This document shows positions 25,535 to 32,764 of a DNA stretch of 32,764 nt, one piece after another. The notes under the pieces are model-generated. The model searched no databases. It worked only from the letters and a program-made list of their open reading frames with translations, and was not told where the DNA came from. Each line of letters begins with the position of its first letter. Positions within the stretch are counted from its first letter, which is position 1. This DNA comes from an uncultured Chloroflexota bacterium (GTDB taxonomy: Bacteria; Chloroflexota; Limnocylindria; P2-11E). The position numbers and the translations under genes are program-made. The stretch is taken from assembly GCA_964611555.1 (NCBI GenBank), contig CAZTAI010000002.1, positions 1 to 32,764 of the forward strand, in the 5' to 3' direction.

Positions 25535-26564
25535 CTGCGACCTCGAATTCGGACAGGCGGATCGTTCGGCGCTCGGTTGCCGAACGCTCCATCGCGAGGG
25601 ACAGCCGGAGGGCTTCGATCCCATCCTGCAGGGTGATGATGGGCTGCACATCTCGGCGGATGCAGTCGAGGAAATGGCGAACCTCGTTCGCCAGGGCTCC
25701 ACCGGGTACTCCCCAAACATCCGTCCAGAAGGTCACATCCAGGGCGGGATGGAGCGCTGTCGAGGCCGACTCACTCCAGACCTCGAGCCCCGTCAGCCCC
25801 TGCTCGATCCGCAGCCATCCCTTGGCGCCGGTGACAGTCAACCCGCTCGTCGGCGCCCGCACGGCGGCCGGCGGGATGTGCCAGCCGAGCTCGGCCGAGG
25901 CCAGGACACCGTTGGCGAACTCGACCACGGCGACGTACAGGTCATCCACGTCGTAGCCGGCCTCGCGAAGCCTTCCCTCCCGCCGGGCGGCGTAGATCGT
26001 GGTCGCCTCGGCCGCCGCGAACCAACGAAGGATGTCGAGGTCGTGGACACCGTAGTAGAGGGGAATCGTCGTCCGCCCACGGAGAACGTCCTGGTCGAGG
26101 ATGTTGCCGACCCGCCGGCTCGAGATGCTGACGACCTCTCCAAGGTCGCCCGACTCAACGATCTGGCGTGCGGCGGCCCAGCGCGGCTCGAACCGGAGCA
26201 GGTGGCCGACCATCGCCAGGGCGCCGTGAGACGCAGCGGCCGCGGCGATCTCGGCGGCCGCTCCGAGCGAGTGCGCGACAGGTTTCTCGATGAGCACCGG
26301 CTTGCCTGCCTGGAGTGCAGCGACCGCCGCTTCCGTGTGCTGGTCCTCGGGTGTGCACACGAACACGGCGTCGACCTGAGGAGATGCAGCGAGCTCCGTG
26401 GCTTCCCCGAAGATCACTGCTCCCGTCGCCTGCGCCACCTCCGCAGCCACCTCCGACCGAACGTCGCAGACAGCCCGGAGCTCGACGCCTTCGAGCCGGC
26501 TCAGAACGTGGACGTATCGACGTCCCATGAAGCCGAGACCGATGACCCCGACGCGGATGTTCAC
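25524..26564 (-). CDS. Gfo/Idh/MocA-family NAD(P)-dependent oxidoreductase (copy B)
   Basis: 346 aa from GTG 26562-26564, with a GTGA overlap on the upstream ATPase stop. Motifs: [18 protein letters not shown] and VGHLLRFEP. The track ORF extends to 26735. Confidence 0.88.
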   Translation of the reverse strand: MNIRVGVIGLGFMGRRYVHVLSRLEGVELRAVCDVRSEVAAEVAQATGAVIFGEATELAASPQVDAVFVCTPEDQHTEAAVAALQAGKPVLIEKPVAHSLGAAAEIAAAAASHGALAMVGHLLRFEPRWAAARQIVESGDLGEVVSISSRRVGNILDQDVLRGRTTIPLYYGVHDLDILRWFAAAEATTIYAARREGRLREAGYDVDDLYVAVVEFANGVLASAELGWHIPPAAVRAPTSGLTVTGAKGWLRIEQGLTGLEVWSESASTALHPALDVTFWTDVWGVPGGALANEVRHFLDCIRRDVQPIITLQDGIEALRLSLAMERSATERRTIRLSEFEVADAS

Positions 26565-27616
26565 CGGACGGCACCCACCACGGAGGACCTCGCCGTCGGG
26601 CCCATCTGAGCCAGGGTCCGTTCGTGCATCTGGGCCGCCTCTGCCCTCGTGGCGTTTGGACCCGCGAGTGCATAGTGGCAGGCGGCCATGTGGCCAGGGA
26701 TCCACTCCCTGAGGGCCGGCCTGTCCGTCCGGCAACGCGCCTGCGCGATCGGGCAGCGGGGGTGGAACTTGCAGCCCGGGGGTGGGTTGCCCGGATCCGG
26801 CGGCTCCCCTTCAAGCTTGACCGGAGTCTGGCCATTCGTGCGCAGCGACGGCACGGCGGAGAGGAGCGCCCGGGTGTACGGGTGCAGGGCGCGGCTGTAA
26901 ACCTCGTCGGCCGAACCGATCTCGACGATCTCACCGAGGTACATCACCGCGATCCGGTGGCTCATGTACTTCACGACCCCGAGGTCGTGCGAGACGAACA
27001 GATAGGTCAGCCCGTGTCGTTCCTGGAGATCCTTGAGAAGGTTGAGGATCTGGGCCTGGACCGAGACGTCGAGCGACGAGACCGCCTCATCGGCGACCAG
27101 GAGGGACGGCTCGACCGATAGCGCCCGCGCAATCCCGATTCGCTGACGCTGGCCGCCACTGAACTGGTAGGGGAACCGGGAAGCCGTTTCGGGCTTGAGG
27201 CCGACGTCGTCGAGCAAGCGCGCCACACGCTCGTGGACCAGGCGACGATCGCCGATTCGGTGGATGAGCAGGGGGTCCGCGACGATGTCGCGCACGCGCA
27301 TCCGAGGTGGAAGCGAGGTATATGGGTCCTGGAAGACGATCTGGGCCCTCCGCCGCAATCGACCGGCGCTCCGCTCGTTGAGGAGTTCGCCGCCGAAGAA
27401 GACCTCCCCGCTGGTGAGCGGCTCCAGGAAGAGAAGCGTCTTAGCCAGGGTCGACTTCCCGGAGCCGCTCTCGCCCACGAGTCCGAGCGTCTCCCCTTCA
27501 TCGATCGTGAACGAGACGCCATCCACGGCCCGGACGACACGGGGGGCGCGTCCGAACAAGCCCGGACGAGTCACAAACTGCTTGGTCAGGTTCCGGACCT
27601 CGACCAGCGGCGCCAT
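26561..27616 (-). CDS. Dipeptide/oligopeptide-type ABC transporter ATP-binding protein (DppF/OppF-like)
   Basis: 351 aa from ATG 27614-27616, 1 nt after the upstream stop. Motifs: [39 protein letters not shown] and the C-terminal oligopeptide-ABC domain ([17 protein letters not shown]). Confidence 0.9.
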   Translation of the reverse strand: MAPLVEVRNLTKQFVTRPGLFGRAPRVVRAVDGVSFTIDEGETLGLVGESGSGKSTLAKTLLFLEPLTSGEVFFGGELLNERSAGRLRRRAQIVFQDPYTSLPPRMRVRDIVADPLLIHRIGDRRLVHERVARLLDDVGLKPETASRFPYQFSGGQRQRIGIARALSVEPSLLVADEAVSSLDVSVQAQILNLLKDLQERHGLTYLFVSHDLGVVKYMSHRIAVMYLGEIVEIGSADEVYSRALHPYTRALLSAVPSLRTNGQTPVKLEGEPPDPGNPPPGCKFHPRCPIAQARCRTDRPALREWIPGHMAACHYALAGPNATRAEAAQMHERTLAQMGPTARSSVVGAVR

Positions 27617-27617
27617 G

Positions 27618-29570
27618 TCAGGCGACCTCGACCGCGGCCGGGGCGCGCAAATGGCAGGCGGACTCATGGTTTGGACCCACCACGAACCGCGGCGGATTCA
27701 CCTCGCGACAGACCGCCATGACGAACGGGCAGCGCGCTGCGAACGGACATCCCGAAGGAACCGCTGCGGGGTCGGGCGGATCGCCCGGGATGGCCCGGAG
27801 GCGTGCGCCTGCGGGCACTTCCGCGCGGGGCACCGAACTGAGGAGCGCTTCCGTGTAGGGGTGCTGTGGGTTGTGGATCACCGCGTCGGGCGGGCCGATC
27901 TCGGCCACCTGGCCGGCGTACATGACGACGATGACGTCGGCGAACTGAGCCACGAGGGCGATGTCGTGGGTGATGAGGATGATGCTCGTGCCGTAGTCCC
28001 GCTTGATCGCTTCGAGTCGGCCCAGGATCTCCGCCTGGGTGGTGACGTCGAGGGCGGTCGTTGGCTCGTCGGCGATCAACAGATCGGGTCTCGGTGCCAT
28101 CGCCAGGGCGATCATCGCCCGCTGGTTCATTCCGCCGCTCAGCTGGAACGAATAGGCCCGCAGGACGCGCTCGGGATCGCCGATCCCGACGTCGAGCAGC
28201 GAATTCCGAGCGGTCGTGCGCACCGATGCCCCGGTCGGACCGCGATGGCGACGGAGGGTTTCCCTGAGCTGGGATCCGATCGTCATGACAGGATTGAGCG
28301 CGGCTGTCGGGTTCTGGGGGATCATCCCGATCCGCTTGCCTCTGAGCGATGCCATCTCGCGATTGCCGATCCGGGTGACGTCGCGGCCGTCGAACAGGAT
28401 TTGACCGGAGGTGACGCGCCCGGGAGAGTCCAGAAGCTGGATGATCGACAGGCCAGTGACGGACTTGCCGGACCCGCTCTCCCCGACGATCCCGAGCGCC
28501 TCACCCCGAGCGAGATCGAAGCTCACCCCACGGACGGCGCGGACGACCCGGTCCTCCAGAGGGAACTCGGTCGTCAGGTCGCGGACCCGCAGGAGAGGCG
28601 CCGCGTCGCCGCTCTCAGACTGGACGGGGCTTTGGAGCGGGAAGCGCCGGAAGCCGGTCCGAGCGAGCTTGGGGTCGAACAGGTCTGCCAGACCATCGGC
28701 CGTGAGATTGATGCTCAGGACGGTCAAGAGGATCGCCAAGCCGGGGAGGATCGGCAGCCAGGGGGTGACGATCATGAACTGCTTGCCCTCGGCGAGGATC
28801 GAGCCCCACGACGGGGTGGGTGGTGCCAGACCGAGCCCGAGGAAGCTCAGCATCGACTCGATGATCACGAGGAACCCAATGTCGAGCAGCGCGATCACGG
28901 GCACGATCTGCCAGACATTGGGCAGGATGTAGCGCAGGACGCGTCGCGGCGCGGACGCACCGACTGCCCGCGCGGCGGTGACGTAGTCCTTCCCCTTCTC
29001 GGCGAGGACGCGGCTGCGGACGACCCGCGCATAGATGATCCAGCTGGGGATGCCGAGCACGAGAATGAGATGAAGGAGGGTGCGATTCGGCGACGTACCG
29101 AGGATAGCAATCGCAAGGAGCACGAACGGGAACGCCAGTTGGACGTCGCCGAGGCGCATGAGGACCGTGTCGACACGCCCCCCGAGAAAGCCGCTGACGA
29201 GGCCGATCGCGAGGCCCAGCAACGACCCCAGCAGGGCGGCGAGCGAACTGATCAGGAGCGAGTTGCGAGCACCATGGAGCAGCCGGCTTGCGACATCGCG
29301 ACCGAGGGCGTCGGTGCCGAGGAAATGGTCCGGGCTGGCGCCCGCGACCCAGATCGGCGGCCGCAGGCCGATCGCAGTGTTCTGTTCGAACGGATCGTGC
29401 GGCCACAGGACCGGGCCGACGCTCGCTCCGGTCAGCACGACCACGACCCCGATGAGACCGAGGACGGACGCCGGGCGACGACGCAGCACGCGGACCGCGC
29501 CACGCCAGCCGGCCACGCGTGCAATCGGAGCGACCGGGGCGGCCTCAGGGTGGACGACCGCGTCGAGCAC
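27618..29570 (-). CDS. Fused Dpp/Opp-type ABC permease (DppC-like, aa 1 to about 302) and ATPase (DppD-like, aa about 326-650)
   Basis: 650-aa single ORF. The permease part reads [24 protein letters not shown] and ends [13 protein letters not shown] linker of about 25 aa follows. The ATPase part has [46 protein letters not shown] and GCPFAARCP. Confidence 0.88.
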   Translation of the reverse strand: MLDAVVHPEAAPVAPIARVAGWRGAVRVLRRRPASVLGLIGVVVVLTGASVGPVLWPHDPFEQNTAIGLRPPIWVAGASPDHFLGTDALGRDVASRLLHGARNSLLISSLAALLGSLLGLAIGLVSGFLGGRVDTVLMRLGDVQLAFPFVLLAIAILGTSPNRTLLHLILVLGIPSWIIYARVVRSRVLAEKGKDYVTAARAVGASAPRRVLRYILPNVWQIVPVIALLDIGFLVIIESMLSFLGLGLAPPTPSWGSILAEGKQFMIVTPWLPILPGLAILLTVLSINLTADGLADLFDPKLARTGFRRFPLQSPVQSESGDAAPLLRVRDLTTEFPLEDRVVRAVRGVSFDLARGEALGIVGESGSGKSVTGLSIIQLLDSPGRVTSGQILFDGRDVTRIGNREMASLRGKRIGMIPQNPTAALNPVMTIGSQLRETLRRHRGPTGASVRTTARNSLLDVGIGDPERVLRAYSFQLSGGMNQRAMIALAMAPRPDLLIADEPTTALDVTTQAEILGRLEAIKRDYGTSIILITHDIALVAQFADVIVVMYAGQVAEIGPPDAVIHNPQHPYTEALLSSVPRAEVPAGARLRAIPGDPPDPAAVPSGCPFAARCPFVMAVCREVNPPRFVVGPNHESACHLRAPAAVEVA

Positions 29571-29575
29571 TGGGC

Positions 29576-30493
29576 TCAGTACCGGATTCGCGGATCGAGC
29601 GCCGCATAGACGAGATCGACCACGAAGTTCACCAACACGAACACGAGGGCGACGGTGAGCACCGCGCCCTGGATCATCGGAAAGTCACGACTCTGGATCG
29701 ATTCGAGGGTCAGCTTGCCGATCCCGGGCCAGTTGAAGATGGACTCGACGACGTAGGCTCCCCCGAGCACGAACCCGGCCTGCAGTCCTATCAGCGTGAT
29801 CAACGGGACCGCGGCGACCTTGAGGACATGGGAGAAGATCACCTGACGCTCGGACAGGCCGCGCGCCCGGGCAGCCCGCACGAAGTCCTCACCTAGCGAC
29901 TCGAGGAACGACTGGCGAACCGCACGGATGAGAAGTGGCGTCAGCGTGATCGCCAGCGTCGCGACTGGGAGGATCAGGCTCTGGGGCCCAACGAAGTCGA
30001 TCGCCGGCAGGACACGGAGCTGGATCGCGAAGAAGAGCACGAGAACGACCCCGAGCCAGAAGCTCGGTGTCGACTGGCCCACAGCCACGAAGACCAGGAT
30101 CACCCGGTCGAGCAAGCTGTTCGGTCGGAGTGCGGCCGCGATGCCAGCGATCAGGCCGATGATCGACGCGACGGCCATCGTGACCGCGCCAAGCAAGAGC
30201 GTGTTCGGGAGAGCCGCGACGAGCGACTCGAGCACCGGGCGACCGCCTCGAAACGACGTCCCGAAGTCGCCTGTGGCGAGCCCCAGCACGTAGTTCTGGT
30301 ACTGGACGAGGATCGGCTTGTCCGTACCGATCCGCTCGCGGACCTGCTGGATGATCAACTCGGGCGTGCCCGGAGGCTCGAGCAGGCGCGCGGGGTCGCC
30401 TGCCGTCAAGCGCAGAACGAAGAAAGTCAGTGTGACGACGCCGACGACAACGAGCGCCATCTGGGCGCTGCGGCGGAGGACATACCACGCCAT
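29576..30493 (-). CDS. Dpp/Opp-type ABC transporter permease (DppB-like)
   Basis: 305 aa. The N-terminus MAWYVLRRSAQMALVVVGVVTLTFFVLRLTAGDP is the DppB/OppB hallmark. EAA loop: EDFVRAARARGLSERQV. Confidence 0.9.
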   Translation of the reverse strand: MAWYVLRRSAQMALVVVGVVTLTFFVLRLTAGDPARLLEPPGTPELIIQQVRERIGTDKPILVQYQNYVLGLATGDFGTSFRGGRPVLESLVAALPNTLLLGAVTMAVASIIGLIAGIAAALRPNSLLDRVILVFVAVGQSTPSFWLGVVLVLFFAIQLRVLPAIDFVGPQSLILPVATLAITLTPLLIRAVRQSFLESLGEDFVRAARARGLSERQVIFSHVLKVAAVPLITLIGLQAGFVLGGAYVVESIFNWPGIGKLTLESIQSRDFPMIQGAVLTVALVFVLVNFVVDLVYAALDPRIRY

Positions 30494-30571
30494 ATGTCGA
30501 GCCTCTATTCAGCGCCGGCCCATCGCGGCGATGCCCTCGGGTCCCCTTAGCTCAGGGACGCACTGAGACCA

Positions 30572-32233
30572 TCAACCCCCCAGCCGGGCCGGATAGAAGT
30601 GCGTGGCGAAGGTCGGCAAAACTCGGAGACCCTGGAGCTTCTTGTTGTGGGCAATCGTGAAATCACTGTTGTAGAGCGGAATGTGGGGGATCTTCTGCCA
30701 CAGGTATTTCTGGAGTTCAGAGTAGATCGCGGCCCGCTTTGAATCATCGGCCGCCGCCACCCCCATTTCGATCAGTTCGTCGACTTTTGGATCCCCATCG
30801 CCCCACGGTCCCGGTGTGTGGAGCAGGAAGTGGACCGCCGAATCGGGATCACCGTCGCTGCTCCAGCTCAGGTGGTATGCCTTGCCGGTTCCTGTCGTAC
30901 TGAAGATGTCACCGACAACACCGGCCACGTCGGTAAGGACGATCTTCGGCTTGAGGCCGACCTTCTGCATGCTGTCGGCGATCGCCTCGATGACCTCCTT
31001 GCCTCGCGGCAGGAAACCCGTGGCCCCCCACAGCTCGAACTCCGGCCCGCCGTCGGGCATCCCGGCTGCCTGGAGGGCGGCTTTTGCCTTCGCCTCGTCG
31101 AAGGTGTAGGCGGGCTGCTGTGGCTCGTGGAACCGGGTGAGCTCGGGCAGGAAGCTTGTGGCGATCTTGCTCTCGCCCTGCACGAGATCGCGCACCAGCG
31201 CCTCCCGGTCGATCGACCAGGCGACGGCTTCGCGAAACTTCGGATTGTCGAATGGCGCCCCGCGTCCGGGCTTGATCCACAGGTTCACGTTCTCGATCCC
31301 GGTCGTCGAGAGTAGCGCCAGGTCAGGCGATCCGCCGATGACCTGGAGATGTTCGGGCGGGACCCGGTCGATCACGTGTGCCTGGCCGGCGAGAAGTGCG
31401 CTGAGTCGCGTCTGCGGGTCCTGGATGAACTCCCAGATCAACTCCTTGATGGCCGGCGCTCCACGCCAGTAGCCGGTGAAGGCCTCCATCGTCTTGCGGT
31501 CCTTCTCGTCCTTTGCGACACGGAAGGGCCCGGTGCCGTTCGGCTTCGTCTTGATCTGGTCTTCGCCCTTGGCGATGTCAGCCGCCGAATAGATGTAGGC
31601 CAACCGGGCCAGCTGTCCGAGGAGCGGCGCATAGGGATCCTTCGACTTGAGGCGGACCGTCATCGGGTTGACGATCTCGACGGTCGTGGGCGTCCAACCC
31701 TCGGAGAGCACCGTCTTGGTGTCCGTCGCGCCCGAGGCGAGCTCGATCGAAGCCTTGACGTCCTCGGCGCTGAAGTCCTTGCCGTCGTGGAACTTCACGC
31801 CCTCCTGGAGCTCGAACTCCCACGTAAGCAAGTCGATCTGCTTCCAGGACTTGGCCAGGCCCGGCGTGAACTGGCTGACGTCCTCGCTTTCGACCTCGAC
31901 CAGGTGGTCGAAGACCTGCTGCCCGATCCTGATCGCGATCTGGGCAGACGTCTGGTACATGTGCCAGTCGGCCCAGAAGGTCTCCGCCACCAAGAAGCGC
32001 ACACTGCCCGTTGGCTCAATCGGCGGTGGGGATCCGCCGGGGGAGGGCGAGGCACCGACGATCGCCGTCGCCGTGGGCGAAAGCGATGGCGTCTGAGCGC
32101 CGCAGGCCGCCAGGAATGCCGCGGCCCCTCCCGCAACACCTAGAAAGGCTGCGACCTGCATGAACTGCCGACGCGACAGTCTGCCGTCGTCGTATCTCTC
32201 AATAAGCGTCTGCAGCACGTCAGCCCGATCCAT
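30572..32233 (-). CDS. ABC transporter substrate-binding lipoprotein, family 5 (DppA/OppA-like), TAT-like signal
   Basis: 553 aa from ATG 32231-32233, with GAGGAGG 6 nt upstream. The RRQFMQVAAFLGVAGGAAAFLAAC signal has twin Arg and a lipobox Cys. The body is typical of SBP_bac_5. The track ORF extends to 32380 across the promoter. Confidence 0.88.
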   Translation of the reverse strand: MDRADVLQTLIERYDDGRLSRRQFMQVAAFLGVAGGAAAFLAACGAQTPSLSPTATAIVGASPSPGGSPPPIEPTGSVRFLVAETFWADWHMYQTSAQIAIRIGQQVFDHLVEVESEDVSQFTPGLAKSWKQIDLLTWEFELQEGVKFHDGKDFSAEDVKASIELASGATDTKTVLSEGWTPTTVEIVNPMTVRLKSKDPYAPLLGQLARLAYIYSAADIAKGEDQIKTKPNGTGPFRVAKDEKDRKTMEAFTGYWRGAPAIKELIWEFIQDPQTRLSALLAGQAHVIDRVPPEHLQVIGGSPDLALLSTTGIENVNLWIKPGRGAPFDNPKFREAVAWSIDREALVRDLVQGESKIATSFLPELTRFHEPQQPAYTFDEAKAKAALQAAGMPDGGPEFELWGATGFLPRGKEVIEAIADSMQKVGLKPKIVLTDVAGVVGDIFSTTGTGKAYHLSWSSDGDPDSAVHFLLHTPGPWGDGDPKVDELIEMGVAAADDSKRAAIYSELQKYLWQKIPHIPLYNSDFTIAHNKKLQGLRVLPTFATHFYPARLGG

Positions 32234-32253
32234 GGCTGGCCTCCTCGTCACAA

Positions 32254-32279
32254 GGTTTCGTGGGACGAAACCACGTTTC
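32254..32279 (-). promoter_or_regulatory. Overlapping palindromes in the leader of the Dpp-type operon (operator or RNA hairpin candidates)
   Basis: + strand GGTTTCGT-GGG-ACGAAACC at 32254-32272 (perfect 8-bp arms), overlapping GAAAC-CAC-GTTTC at 32267-32279. They lie between the predicted -10 box and the SD. Confidence 0.45.
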
Positions 32280-32300
32280 CAACCATTGCGACCAGCGCAA

Positions 32301-32328
32301 AATATACCGTCCAGGTGGGCACTGTCAA
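32301..32328 (-). promoter_or_regulatory. Near-consensus sigma-70/sigma-A promoter for the ten-gene minus-strand operon
   Basis: The minus strand reads TTGACA (32328-32323), 16-nt spacer, TATATT (32306-32301), about 68 nt upstream of ATG 32233. The -10 element sits in a locally AT-rich patch. Confidence 0.55.
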
Positions 32329-32764
32329 CGGGGTTCGGCGGGGCCTCTACCGCGCCGAATCGGCTGGCGATCTTCCGCATACGAGTGGAGCCTGAGTGGC
32401 AAAATCAAGTTGCACATGAGGAGACGCCTCGGGACATCGGACAGGACGTGGCAGTAGGAGGAGCCCCGCGACGGGCAAAGGCGCTGAACCGTGTGGATGC
32501 TGAGGCGCCTCTTTGCCAGCTCCGCAGCGGACCGGCTCGAGCAGTGGTGTCTGACGTTAGGGGCTCGCAGGATCTGCGTGGCCACCGTCGCTCACGTGGC
32601 CCTCAATAGCATCGGGATGGTCGGCCTGGCCTCGATCGTCTCGGCTATACGTGATTCCCGGACACGTTGTTGACGAACGAGAGCCTCGCTCCCCGCGCGC
32701 CCAAATCCGGTCAGGCGTGCGACCTCACTGTGCTCGGGGGTTGAACGGTGGCCATGGCCGAGCC

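Noticed and set aside
27195-29609. 804-aa plus-strand ORF
   Set aside because: It is antisense to the DppF-like and fused DppC-DppD genes, which carry unambiguous ABC motifs. It has the same Arg/Asp/Gly-rich shadow-ORF composition and no SD or start context.
16644-32380. N-terminal extensions of the track ORFs starting at 16644, 17203, 24855, 25720, 26735, 27667 and 32380
   Set aside because: In each case the extension lies inside the preceding gene or across the promoter and is Arg/Pro/Ser-rich. An internal start with an SD or a start-stop overlap gives the normal family N-terminus. The shorter starts used are 16833, 17578, 24750, 25534, 26564, 27616 and 32233.
32474-32517. Imperfect inverted repeat GGCAAAGGCGC...GCGCCTCTTTGCC upstream of the operon promoter
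   Set aside because: The stem is bulged, the loop is 20 nt, there is no U-tract on either strand and no adjacent gene end is visible. This is not enough to call a terminator or a structured RNA.
32329-32764. About 430 nt without a called gene at the right edge, including a possible ATG at 32753
   Set aside because: None of the six frames gives a recognisable protein or a start with an SD. Any gene beginning at 32753 would show only 4 codons, so no feature was called.

Overview
GC-rich bacterial chromosomal segment: roughly two-thirds G+C by eye, with strong G/C preference at codon position 3. The protein flavour is Actinomycetota-like, with lipoprotein/TAT-type solute-binding proteins, GGAGG Shine-Dalgarno sites and many ATGA/GTGA start-stop overlaps. 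I found no rRNA, tRNA or CRISPR. The window holds three transporter-linked catabolic loci, each with its own IclR-family regulator. (i) 570-10372: a ribose-type sugar ABC system, an SDR and a mutarotase-like gene on the minus strand, divergent from RraA-family, KdgK-like, amidohydrolase-2 and Eda genes. This looks like an Entner-Doudoroff-like sugar-acid route, but no dehydratase is visible. (ii) 10924-19497: IclR, a CUT1-type sugar ABC system without an ATPase, Gfo/Idh/MocA oxidoreductase, creatininase-family hydrolase, aldehyde dehydrogenase and a truncated RidA. (iii) 19464-32328 on the minus strand: a ten-gene, tightly coupled operon. It contains a Dpp/Opp-type ABC system (including a fused permease-ATPase), a second Gfo/Idh/MocA plus creatininase-family pair, an embedded IclR, a second ALDH, a class-III aminotransferase and an M81 peptidase. 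The seams between loci carry mobility and decay scars: an IS481-type transposase with an in-frame amber codon at the left edge; a tyrosine-recombinase N-terminal relic with iterated GGGCACCTGA repeats and a (GAG)9 microsatellite; a truncated, doubly frameshifted eda copy; and a truncated ridA. The most interesting signal is the diverged duplicate oxidoreductase / creatininase-family / ALDH cassette, wired to two different uptake systems. It is a candidate for an uncharacterised ring-opening catabolic route. All family assignments come from reading the translations and from memory of family motifs; no database search was possible.
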